This document shows positions 1 to 8,123 of a DNA stretch of 23,135 nucleotides, piece after piece. The notes under the pieces are model-generated. The model was not told the origin of the DNA. It searched no databases and saw only the letters and a program-made list of their open reading frames with translations. Source of the DNA: Candidatus Geohabitans tengchongensis (lineage in GTDB: Bacteria; Sysuimicrobiota; Sysuimicrobiia; Sysuimicrobiales; Humicultoraceae); the NCBI GenBank assembly GCA_031459625.1, contig JAVKIH010000025.1:1-23135 (forward strand). The letters are read 5' to 3'. Position 1 is the first letter of the stretch; each line of letters starts with the position of its first letter. The position numbers and the translations under genes were made by a program.

Positions 1-1508
1 GACTTGATCGTCTCCAGCGTGGGCGCGTAGGTGCTGGGCCGGCCGATGCCCAGCTCCTCCAGCGCCCGCACCAGCGAGGCCTCGGTGTAGCGCGGCGGCG
101 GCTGGGTGAAGTGCTGGCGCGGGTCGACGCGCAGCAGCCGCAGCCCCTGGCCGTCAGCCAGGGCGGGGAGCCACCGCTCCGCCTCCTCCTCCCCGTTGTC
201 GCTGGCTTCCCGGTAGACGACGAGGAAGCCGGGGAAGCGCAGGCGCGCGCCGGTGGCGCGGAAGAGGAAGGGGCCGCCCCGGATGTCCACGGTGAGGGTG
301 TCCAGCACGGCCGAGGCCATCTGGCTGGCCACGAAGCGCTTCCAGATCAGCTCGTAGAGGCGGTGCTGGTCCCAGCGCAGGTGGCGCTTCACCTGGTCGG
401 GCGTGCGCGTCACCGCGGTGGGGCGGATGGCCTCGTGTGCCTCCTGGGCCTCGCGCCGCGAGCGGTAGCGGCGCGGGGTGTCGGGGACGTAGGCGGCGCC
501 GTAGGCGGCGGCGATGTAGCGGCGGGCCTCCGCCTGGGCCGCCTCGCTGACGCGCACCGAGTCGGTGCGCATGTAGGTGATGAGGCCCACTGTGCCCTCG
601 TCGCCCAGGTCGACGCCCTCGTAGAGCTGCTGGGCCAGGCGCATCGTCCGCGCCGCGGTGAAGCCCAGCTGGCGGTAGGCCTCCTGCTGCAGGGTGCTGG
701 TGATGAACGGGGGCGCGGGGTGGCGCAGGCGCTCCCCCTGGCGCACCTCGGCCACCTGGTAGGCCTGCCGGCGGATCTCCTCGACCAGGGCCTGGGCCTG
801 GGCCGCGGTGCGGATGACCTCGACGTTGGCCTCCAGCGGCGTCCCGTAGCGCGTCCCGTCGCGGCTTACCAGCCGCGCGGGGACGGCGGCGTCGGGGCCG
901 TCCGGGGTGAAGACCCCCTCGATGGACCAGTACTCCTCCGGGCGGAAGCGCGCGATCTCGCGCTCGCGGTCGACCACCAGCCGCACGGCCACCGACTGCA
1001 CCCGCCCCGCCGACAGCCCGCCGCGCACCTTCTTCCACAGCAGCGGGCTGAGCTTGTAGCCGACCAGGCGGTCCAGGATGCGGCGGGCCTGCTGGGCGTC
1101 CACCCGGCGCAGGTCGATGTCGCGCGGCGCGGCCAGCGCGCGCTCCACCGCGTCGCGGGTGACCTCGTGGAACTCGATGCGCCGGATGTTGGGGTTGACC
1201 GGGGTGAGGGCGTCCTTGAGGTGCCAGGCGATGGCCTCTCCCTCGCGGTCGGGGTCGGTGGCCATGACGACCCCCTGGGCCTTGCGGGCCGCCTCGCGCA
1301 GCCCCTTGAGCACCGCCCCCTTGCCCTTGATGACGATGTACTTGGGGGTGAAGTCGCGCTCGACGTCGACGCCGAGCTGGCTCTTGGGGAGGTCGCGCAC
1401 GTGCCCCATGGACGCGGCCACCTCGTAGCGGCGCGCCGGCAGGAACTTGCGCAGCGTCCGCGCCTTCGTGGGGGACTCGACGACGACCAGGGTCTTCGGC
1501 TTCGCCAT
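1..1508 (-). CDS. topA: Type IA DNA topoisomerase I (3' end outside window)
   Basis: Not in the ORF track because it has no stop in the window. Manual translation from ATG 1508: MAKPKTLVVVESPTKARTL...SMGHVRDLP...ATDPDREGEAIAWHL...RRILDRLVGY...SAGRVQS...GLITYMRTDS (catalytic Tyr). Confidence 0.97.
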   Translation of the reverse strand, partial: MAKPKTLVVVESPTKARTLRKFLPARRYEVAASMGHVRDLPKSQLGVDVERDFTPKYIVIKGKGAVLKGLREAARKAQGVVMATDPDREGEAIAWHLKDALTPVNPNIRRIEFHEVTRDAVERALAAPRDIDLRRVDAQQARRILDRLVGYKLSPLLWKKVRGGLSAGRVQSVAVRLVVDREREIARFRPEEYWSIEGVFTPDGPDAAVPARLVSRDGTRYGTPLEANVEVIRTAAQAQALVEEIRRQAYQVAEVRQGERLRHPAPPFITSTLQQEAYRQLGFTAARTMRLAQQLYEGVDLGDEGTVGLITYMRTDSVRVSEAAQAEARRYIAAAYGAAYVPDTPRRYRSRREAQEAHEAIRPTAVTRTPDQVKRHLRWDQHRLYELIWKRFVASQMASAVLDTLTVDIRGGPFLFRATGARLRFPGFLVVYREASDNGEEEAERWLPALADGQGLRLLRVDPRQHFTQPPPRYTEASLVRALEELGIGRPSTYAPTLETIK

Positions 1509-1521
1509 GGGTGACACGTCT

Positions 1522-1651
1522 TGTCTGTTTCCCCGGTCGGGACCGGACGAGACCTCGCCCGGGCCGTGTGACACCGCCCGGGGCGGTGGCCACCGGACCC
1601 GCCGACCGGGGACGGTCACAGACACCGAGCGGCGGATGGACCATCCGCCGC
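1522..1651 (-). other. Putative structured 5' leader of topA (nested stems plus upstream hairpin)
   Basis: Complementary pairs 1522-1528/1618-1624, 1530-1540/1602-1612, 1543-1550/1555-1562, 1572-1578/1582-1588 and 1629-1639/1641-1651. Confidence 0.4.
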
Positions 1652-1701
1652 CCCCCGCGGCCCTCCCGGGCCAAACTCATCCCCTACGGTAGCACAGGGT
1701 G

Positions 1702-2559
1702 TCAAGGCAGCCGCACGTAGCGCTGCCCCGGCAGGGCCCGCACCAGGCCGCGCAGCTCCAGCACGGTCAGCGCCGCTCCCACCGTGGCCACGGGCAGCGC
1801 ACAGCGGCGGGCCAGGACGTCGATGTGCTGCGGCTCCAGCGTGAGGTGCCCGTAGAGGAGGGCCTCGGGGCCGTCCAGCGCCACGGGCTGCGGCGCCGCG
1901 GGCGGGGCGGCGCGCCGGGGGAGGCGCAGCGCGTCCAGCACGTCCTCCACGTGGCGCACCGGGGTGGCGCCCTCGTACAGGAGGCGCAGCGGCAGCGCAC
2001 TCGTCGGGGCGAAGACCGACCCCGGCACGGCCAGCACCTCCCGCCCCTGGGCCAGCGCGCACTCGGCCGTGATGAGGGCGCCGCTGTCCTCCCGTCCCTC
2101 CACCACGACGACGCCGAGGCTCAGCCCGCTGATCAGGCGGTTGCGCAGCGGGAAGTGGTGGCGCAGCGGCGGCGTCCCCGGCGGGTACTCGGAGAGCACG
2201 GCGCCGGCGGCCACCACCTGCGCCAGCAATCGCGCGTGCTCGGGCGGGTAGGCGCGGTCGGGACCGCACCCCAGCACCGCCAGCGTGCGACCGCCGGCGG
2301 CCAGCGCGCCGCGGTGGGCCGCCCCGTCGATGCCGCGGGCCAGCCCGCTCACCACCGTGACGCCGTGGCGGGCCAGGTCGCGTCCCAGCTGCTCGGCGAT
2401 GTGCAGGCCGTAGGGCGTGGCGCGCCGCGCCCCCACGACAGCCACGGCCACCGCGTCCTCGGGGCGCAGCGTGCCGCGCACGTAGAGCAACGGCGGCGGT
2501 TCGGTGAGCGTGCGCAGCGCCACCGGGTAGGCGTCGTCCTCCGGCCGCACCACCGTCAC
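1702..2559 (-). CDS. dprA: DNA-processing protein DprA (Rossmann fold + C-terminal winged helix)
   Basis: YP..L....PPPLLYVRG, VAVVGAR.ATPYG, VVSGLARGIDG.AH.GAL, FPLRNRLISGLS, SGALITA, LELRGLV. GTG 2559 follows GGAGG; GTG 2655 is an alternative start. Confidence 0.95.
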   Translation of the reverse strand: MTVVRPEDDAYPVALRTLTEPPPLLYVRGTLRPEDAVAVAVVGARRATPYGLHIAEQLGRDLARHGVTVVSGLARGIDGAAHRGALAAGGRTLAVLGCGPDRAYPPEHARLLAQVVAAGAVLSEYPPGTPPLRHHFPLRNRLISGLSLGVVVVEGREDSGALITAECALAQGREVLAVPGSVFAPTSALPLRLLYEGATPVRHVEDVLDALRLPRRAAPPAAPQPVALDGPEALLYGHLTLEPQHIDVLARRCALPVATVGAALTVLELRGLVRALPGQRYVRLP

Positions 2560-2658
2560 CGCCGCCTCCGGCCTCGGCGCCGGTGTCGGCGTCGGCCGAC
2601 CTTGCCCCCGGTCTCCCTGCCGCCCGCGCACGCCTCCTCCCTGCCGTCCGCGCACCCC

Positions 2659-4243
2659 TCACCCCGCTCCCGCCGGCCGCGCCGCTTCGTGGTCGCCCGG
2701 GCCGGCCGGCGCCGCAGGGCTCCACGCCGGCTCCCGCGGCCGGTCCAGCGCGCGGTAGGTGACCGCTTCGAGCAGGTGGTGGCGCGCGATGGCCGGCGCC
2801 CCCTCGAGGTCGGCGATGGTCCGGGCCAGGCGCACCAGCCGGTCGTGGGCGCGCGCGCTCAGCCGCAGCTGCGCCAGCGCGTCCCGCAGGAAGGCGCGGT
2901 CCTCGGCGCTGAGCCGGCAGTGGCGGCGCAGGTCGCGCGCGGTGGGTGCGGCCGCCCAGGATGCGCGCTCGCCCCGAGCGTGACGGAACGCCCGCGCCCG
3001 CGCCACCTGCGCCCGCAGGGCGGTCGAGCCCTCGCCGTCCGGTTCGGCGGTGATCTCCGCCGGGGCCAGCGCGGGCACCTCCACGTGCAGGTCGATGCGG
3101 TCGAGCAGCGGCCCGGAGACGCGGCCCAGGTAGCGGGCCACCTGCGGCGGCGTGCAGGTGCACTCCCGGCGCGGGTGGCCGTGGTAGCCGCAGGGGCAGG
3201 GGTTCATGGCGGCGACGAGGAGGAAGCGCGCGGGGTAGCGCACCGTGCCGCCGGCGCGCGCCACGGTGATGCTCCCCTCCTCCAGCGGCTCGCGCAGCGC
3301 CTCAAGCACGTCGCGGTGGACCTCGGCGAGCTCGTCGAGGAAGAGCACCCCGCCGTGCGCCAGCGTCACCTCGCCCGGGCGGCCGGCCGTGCCCAGCAGA
3401 GCGCTGCGGCTGGCGGAGTGGTGCGGGGCGCGGAAGGGACGCGCGCTGAGGAGGCCGCCGCCCGGTGGGACCAGCCCGGCCACGCTGTAGATCGTGGTCA
3501 CGTCCAGCGCCTCCTCGGGGTCGAGGGGCGGGAGGATGGAGGGCAGCCGGCGCGCCAGCATCGTCTTGCCGCTGCCGGGCGGGCCGAGCAGCAGGACGTG
3601 GTGACCGCCAGCGGCGGCCAGGACCATGGCGCGGCATGGCGCGGCGCCCCTGCCCCTGCCCCTTGACGTCGGCGAAGTCCGGACCTTCCTGGGCGGATGG
3701 CGCCCGCGCCGGCGCGACGGGCGGCACCGGCTCGCGCCCCAGTAGCCGGACCACGGCCTGGGCGAGGGAGGCGGCCGGCACGACCGTGACGCCCTCCACG
3801 ACGGCCGCCTCGGCGGCGTTGCCCTCCGGGACGACCAGGCGGCGCACGCCCAGGCGCCGCGCCAGGCGCGCGACGGCCAGCGCACCGCGGACCGGGCGGA
3901 TTCGTCCATCCAGGGAGAGCTCACCCACGACGAGCGCCCCGTCGGCCAGCGCCGGCGGAACCTGCCCGGTGGCGACGAGCAGCCCCAGGGCGATGGGCAG
4001 GTCGTAGGCGGCGCCGTCCTTGCGCAGGTCGGCCGGTGCCAGGTTCGCCAAGATGCGCCGCGCCGGGACCCGGTGGCCGGAGTTCTTCACCGCCGCGCGC
4101 ACCCGCTCGCGGGCATCCTGCTCCGAGGCGTCGGTGAGCCCGGTGATGGCGAACGCGGGCAACCCCGGCGAGACGTCGACCTCCACCTCGACTGGCACCG
4201 CCTCGATGCCTGCGAGCGTCGCGCTTCCCACACGCGCCAGCAT
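2659..4243 (-). pseudogene. comM: ComM/YifB Mg-chelatase-like AAA+ helicase, frameshifted at 3625-3644
   Basis: N-half (from ATG 4243): VEVEVDVSPGLP, NLAPADLRKDG..YDLPIA, GELSLDG, DFADVKGQ. C-half in another frame: GPPGSGKT, RPFRAPHHS, GVLFLDE, NPCPCG, SGPLLDRID, ARTIADL. Removing one 10-bp repeat copy restores a 524-aa ORF. Confidence 0.93.
3625..3644. repeat. Exact 10-bp tandem duplication (CATGGCGCGG x2) causing the comM frameshift
   Basis: ggac-catggcgcgg-catggcgcgg-cgcc read directly from the sequence. Confidence 0.95.
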
Positions 4244-4286
4244 CTCTCCCCTTTTCATCGGCCGGATGCGGCAGAATTAAGGGACG

Positions 4287-4877
4287 ATGGCGGAGAACCG
4301 GCTCCTCTCCATCGGGCTCGCCCTCCTTCTCCTGACCGTCTCCCTGGGGCTGGGGTGGCTGGCCGGGCGGCTCTTCGAGGCCGGGTCCGCCCCGACGGTG
4401 AACGAGGCGGCGCTGCCGCCGCCCCCGACGATTCCACCGGGCTCCGCTCCCGCACGGATGGTCGGCGGGCCGCGGACGCCCGGCGCCACCGCCACCGTCC
4501 GGCCGACGCGGCCGGCGCCGGGCGGGGCTCCTGCCGCAGCCGGCCCGATGTCGACGCCGACGCCGTCACCGCAAACCTCGCCGCCTCCGCCGGCCGCGCG
4601 CGCCACGCCCATCGTGCTGGGACAGAGCGAGGTGGTCTCGCCGGCGCCTGCTAGGCGTCCGCTGCACATCGTGCAGGTGGCAGTCGTGGAGACGCGGGAG
4701 GAGGCGCAAGCCCTGATGGTCCGGCTCCGGGGCCTGGGGTTTGCGCCCTACCTCGTCGCCACGCGCGAAGGGTTCGCCGTGCGCCTGGGGGCGTTCCGCC
4801 GCGCCGCACACGCCGCGGCCCTCGTCCGCCGGGCGGAGGCGGCCGGAGTGTCCGTCACGGTGATCGTGCGTCCCTGA
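4287..4877 (+). CDS. SPOR-domain protein (N-terminal TM, Pro-rich linker, C-terminal SPOR)
   Basis: Hydrophobic N-terminus, Pro/Ala/Thr linker, then HIVQVA...EEAQAL..RL...G...FAVRLGAF...AA, the SPOR pattern. Confidence 0.8.
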   Translation: MAENRLLSIGLALLLLTVSLGLGWLAGRLFEAGSAPTVNEAALPPPPTIPPGSAPARMVGGPRTPGATATVRPTRPAPGGAPAAAGPMSTPTPSPQTSPPPPAARATPIVLGQSEVVSPAPARRPLHIVQVAVVETREEAQALMVRLRGLGFAPYLVATREGFAVRLGAFRRAAHAAALVRRAEAAGVSVTVIVRP

Positions 4878-4915
4878 CGGGATCCCGCGGCGGCCGGCCC
4901 CGTGGCCTTCGGCCC

Positions 4916-5467
4916 TCAGACCGGTTCCACCGGGTCGCCCACGCGGATCGTCCCGTCGCTGAGGATCGCCGCGCGCAGCCCGCCCCGGTGCACCAGGCCG
5001 CGCAGCACCCCCGGCCGGGTGAGCTGCTGCAGGTGGTGGCACGGTTCGCACAGGCCCACCCCGCGCAGGCGCACCTCGCCGACGCGGAACTCCCGGTGGA
5101 CGAAGTGGTTGAGCGGGACGCCCCGCGTGACGATGTTGCGGCGCGTCTCCCCCGGGTCGATGACGACCCCGTAGTCGCGGGCGAGCGCGTCGACCGCCTC
5201 GGCCTCGACGAGGGTGACCTGCTGGCCACCGTGGCCGTGTGGCGACGGGGCGCCCTCGTAGTAGCGGTCGCCGACCAGCCCGCGTCCGGCCTCAGCCCTG
5301 ACCTCCGTCACCGACTGCATGGGGGCGCCCGGGGCGGCGGCGATGTGGATCGATTCCACGACGCCACGTACCACCAGGGCGGGCTGGCTCGCCGACCGGG
5401 CCGCTGTGCCCCCGGTCGACCGGCCCGCCCGGCCGTGACGGAGATGGTCAGCAGCACGGTCGGCCAT
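4916..5467 (-). CDS. MOSC-domain protein
   Basis: GVVESIHI, GRGLVGDRY, QVTL, TRRNIVTRGVPLN, FRVGEVRL, CEPC, GGLRAAILSDGTIRVGDPV. Start uncertain (ATG 5467 or GTG 5374). Confidence 0.88.
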   Translation of the reverse strand: MADRAADHLRHGRAGRSTGGTAARSASQPALVVRGVVESIHIAAAPGAPMQSVTEVRAEAGRGLVGDRYYEGAPSPHGHGGQQVTLVEAEAVDALARDYGVVIDPGETRRNIVTRGVPLNHFVHREFRVGEVRLRGVGLCEPCHHLQQLTRPGVLRGLVHRGGLRAAILSDGTIRVGDPVEPV

Positions 5468-5618
5468 CGCCGGGAAGCTTTCCCCGGCGGGGCGGACCCA
5501 CCCTGCCGGTCGGGGCGCTACCCGGAACTCCTTCATGCCGGTCGGAGGGAAGTCTGCGGGAGGTCTAGGGCCGGCCCGCGCCGGGCACGAACCGATGGAC
5601 CGAGGAACGACAGCGGCC

Positions 5619-6752
5619 ATGGCTGACGACGCCGTCACGGAGGCCCGAAAGGGGGACTCGGAGGGATGGCCCCCCAGCGTCCCAGAGCGTCCCATCGCCT
5701 TCCTCCTCCTGGACGGTCTCCGCCGCCCCGGGCGAGGCAGCGACGTGCTGCTCTGCGCCCTGGGCCTCACCCTGGACGGGGAGCGTGTGCCGCTCGCCGC
5801 CCGGCCGGCCGCCCGCGAGGACGAGCACAACTGGCGCGAACTCCTGCGCGGGCTGCGCGAGCGCGGCATCGGGGGCGAGCTCGTCCTCATCGCCTCCGAC
5901 GGCCATCCGGCGTTAGTCAAAGCGGCGCAAGCCACCTTCCCGGACGTTCCGCAGCAGTTGAGCGTCCCCCACCGGCTGCTCGCGCTGGCCCGTCGCATCA
6001 GCCCGCGGTGGCGCCGCGCCTGCATGAACGAAGCGCGCCAGATCTTCACGGCGCCCGACCGCGGCACCGCCGTGGCCCGGTTCCGCGAGTGGCACGGGCG
6101 GTGGCTGCGCCTGGGCGAGCCGGCGGTGCGAACGATGGAGCCGGACCTGGCCGCCTGCCTGGCCTTCTACCGCTTCCCGCCGCACCTCTGGCCGCGCATC
6201 CGCACCGTCAGCGCCGTCGAGCAAGCCTTCAGGCACGTGCGGCGAGAGCAGGAAATCACCCGGATTCCTGAGCCGGCAGTGCCGGAGGCGACAGAGCTGG
6301 ACCGCTCCGACTTGCCCCCAGCGGAGCCGGTGGCGGTGGACCCCGAAGCGGTAGGTGCGGCAGCCCCCTGGCCTCGGGGTCCCGTGCCTGAGATGCTCCC
6401 CGACGTCGAGCCCGGGGAAAGGACAGAGCCACCTGCGCCCGTCGTCGGCCTCTCCGACACCGCGCCCGTGCTCGACCCCCAGCCCCTCTCTCCGACTGAC
6501 GCAGCCCCGGCTCAGGAGGTGTGGGCGCTCCAGGAGGTGGACCGCGAGCCCGTCTGGCCGGTCGGCCCGCAAGGGAGCATCCCGTCCGGCCGCGTCGAAC
6601 CCGGCCCCGCCGCAGCGGACGGACCACCGCAGGAGGTGCAGCCCCGCCCGGCGCTGCGCGAGGGTCTGACCAGTTGGCGCTGGGTCGCCCTGGTTGTCCT
6701 CGTCGTGGTGCTGGGGCTGGCGGCGGGCGTGGTCCTGGCCCTGCGCTCCTAG
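5619..6752 (+). CDS. IS256/Mutator-like DDE catalytic domain fused to Pro/Glu linker and C-terminal TM anchor
   Basis: FLLLDG...LG...DGER, E..W..LL..L.ERG, LIASDGHPAL..A....FP....QLSVPH, FYRFP...W..IRT.S.VE..FR.VRR match the IS256 core. C-terminus WRWVALVVLVVVLGLAAGVVLALRS. ATG 5619 follows GAGGA; ATG 5595 is an alternative. Confidence 0.8.
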   Translation: MADDAVTEARKGDSEGWPPSVPERPIAFLLLDGLRRPGRGSDVLLCALGLTLDGERVPLAARPAAREDEHNWRELLRGLRERGIGGELVLIASDGHPALVKAAQATFPDVPQQLSVPHRLLALARRISPRWRRACMNEARQIFTAPDRGTAVARFREWHGRWLRLGEPAVRTMEPDLAACLAFYRFPPHLWPRIRTVSAVEQAFRHVRREQEITRIPEPAVPEATELDRSDLPPAEPVAVDPEAVGAAAPWPRGPVPEMLPDVEPGERTEPPAPVVGLSDTAPVLDPQPLSPTDAAPAQEVWALQEVDREPVWPVGPQGSIPSGRVEPGPAAADGPPQEVQPRPALREGLTSWRWVALVVLVVVLGLAAGVVLALRS

Positions 6753-7126
6753 CCGCCCCGGTCCCCTTCTCCGAACGCATCGCGCACCACCTCGATCCGC
6801 GCCCGGCCGGCCCGCACGGCCAGCGCCACCACGTCGAACCGGCAGGGTCGGTCTGCCAGGCCCCGGGCGGCCACGAACGCCCGCGCCAGTCTGAGCAGCC
6901 GGCGTCGCTTGGCCGCGTCGACCGCCTCTGCCCCGCCGCCCGCCCGGCCGGAGCGGCGGGTCTTCACCTCCACGAAGACGACGGCTTCGCCGTCGAGGGC
7001 CACCAGGTCCAGCTCCCCCAGACGCGTCCGCAGGTTCCGGGCGATGATCCGGTACCCGCGCGCCTGGAGGTACCGGGCGGCCACCTCTTCGCCGCGCCGG
7101 CCCAGCACCTGCCGTCTTCCGCTCAC
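6749..7126 (-). CDS. yraN: YraN family (UPF0102) PD-(D/E)xK endonuclease
   Basis: LGRRGEEVAARYL..RGYRII.RN.R...GELDLVA, VFVEVKTR, CRFDVV. Confidence 0.93.
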   Translation of the reverse strand: MSGRRQVLGRRGEEVAARYLQARGYRIIARNLRTRLGELDLVALDGEAVVFVEVKTRRSGRAGGGAEAVDAAKRRRLLRLARAFVAARGLADRPCRFDVVALAVRAGRARIEVVRDAFGEGDRGG

Positions 7127-7213
7127 ACCTCTCTCATCGGCAGGGCGGCCATGGTTTGCCGGGGGGGTGGAGTGGGGCGGCCGGGTCAGGAGACCTCCCC
7201 GGGCCGGCCGGGC

Positions 7214-7235
7214 GGGTGCGCCCGCGGGCGCACCC
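7214..7235. repeat. Perfect 22-bp palindrome abutting the rnhB stop (possible terminator or stabilising hairpin)
   Basis: GGGTGCGCCCGCGGGCGCACCC is its own reverse complement. No U-tract follows. Confidence 0.6.
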
Positions 7236-8069
7236 TCAGCGAGGCGCGCGGCCGTCCAGTTCCGGGAAGAGCGGCTCCTGCAGCAGGCGGACCGTCAGGA
7301 AGGAGCGGCGGTGCTCAGGGGTGAGACCCAGGCGCCGGATGGCCGCGACGTGGGCGCGGGTGGCGTAGCCCTTGTGCAGGGCGAAGCCGTACCCCGGGTA
7401 GCGGGCGTCGAGCTCGCGCATGATGGCGTCGCGGGTGACCTTGGCCACGATGGAGGCGGCGGCGATGGCGGCGCAGCGGGCGTCGCCGTCCACCAGCGCC
7501 TCCTGGGGCAGAGGGAGGTCGAGGCGGTAGCGTCCGTCCACCAGCACGAAGTCCGGCGGGGGCTGCAGCTGCAGGACGGCCCGCCGCCAGGCCAGGCGGG
7601 TCGCCTGCAGGATGTTCAGCCGGTCGATCTCCCCTACGTCGGCCACGCCGACGCCCACCCGCGCCCCGCAGGCCAGCAGCGCGGTGTACAGCGCCGCACG
7701 CCGGTCCGCGGGCAGGACCTTGGAGTCGTTCAGTCCCGGCAGGTGCGCCAAGGCGCCCTCCGGAAGGATGACCGCCGCCGCGACAACCGGCCCGGCGAGG
7801 GGGGCCACTCCGGCCTCGTCCACCCCGGCCACCCGGACGAACCCCTCAGCGCGGCGGGCCCGCTCCACGGCCAGCAGCGCCTCCAGCCGCGCCCGCTCAC
7901 GTTCGCCCCGCGCCCGGCGGCGCAGGGCCTGTGCGGCCAGGCGGCGGACCCCCGCCCGGGCGTCCCGCGCCAGCCGCCGCAGCCACCGCTCGTCGACCTC
8001 GCCGCCCAGCAGCGCGGCGATCTCCCGGACGCTCAGGCGTGACGGCGGCGGCAATCCGGCCGGACGCAT
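7236..8069 (-). CDS. rnhB: Ribonuclease HII with N-terminal helical extension
   Basis: GVDEAG..PLAGPVVAAAVIL, LNDSK, NILQAT, LVDG, GD....IAAASIVAKVTRD, HKGY, HRRSF. Confidence 0.95.
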   Translation of the reverse strand: MRPAGLPPPSRLSVREIAALLGGEVDERWLRRLARDARAGVRRLAAQALRRRARGERERARLEALLAVERARRAEGFVRVAGVDEAGVAPLAGPVVAAAVILPEGALAHLPGLNDSKVLPADRRAALYTALLACGARVGVGVADVGEIDRLNILQATRLAWRRAVLQLQPPPDFVLVDGRYRLDLPLPQEALVDGDARCAAIAAASIVAKVTRDAIMRELDARYPGYGFALHKGYATRAHVAAIRRLGLTPEHRRSFLTVRLLQEPLFPELDGRAPR

Positions 8070-8123
8070 CGCGTCGGCGTCAGGCGATCCCGGCCACAGG
8101 CGCGCGGTGCACCGCCCGCTCCC

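Noticed and set aside
1700..1705. Perfect TTGACA at the dprA stop as the topA -35
   Set aside because: No -10 at 16-18 bp spacing, and the hexamer is partly explained by the TGA stop.
5470..6760. Intact IS256 insertion sequence
   Set aside because: No terminal inverted repeats or flanking direct repeats seen, the DNA-binding region is missing, and the 3' end overlaps yraN.
8080..8112. 10-codon mini-ORF (MHRAPVAGIA) with GGGAG between lepB and rnhB
   Set aside because: Too short, with no coupling overlap; compatible with chance.
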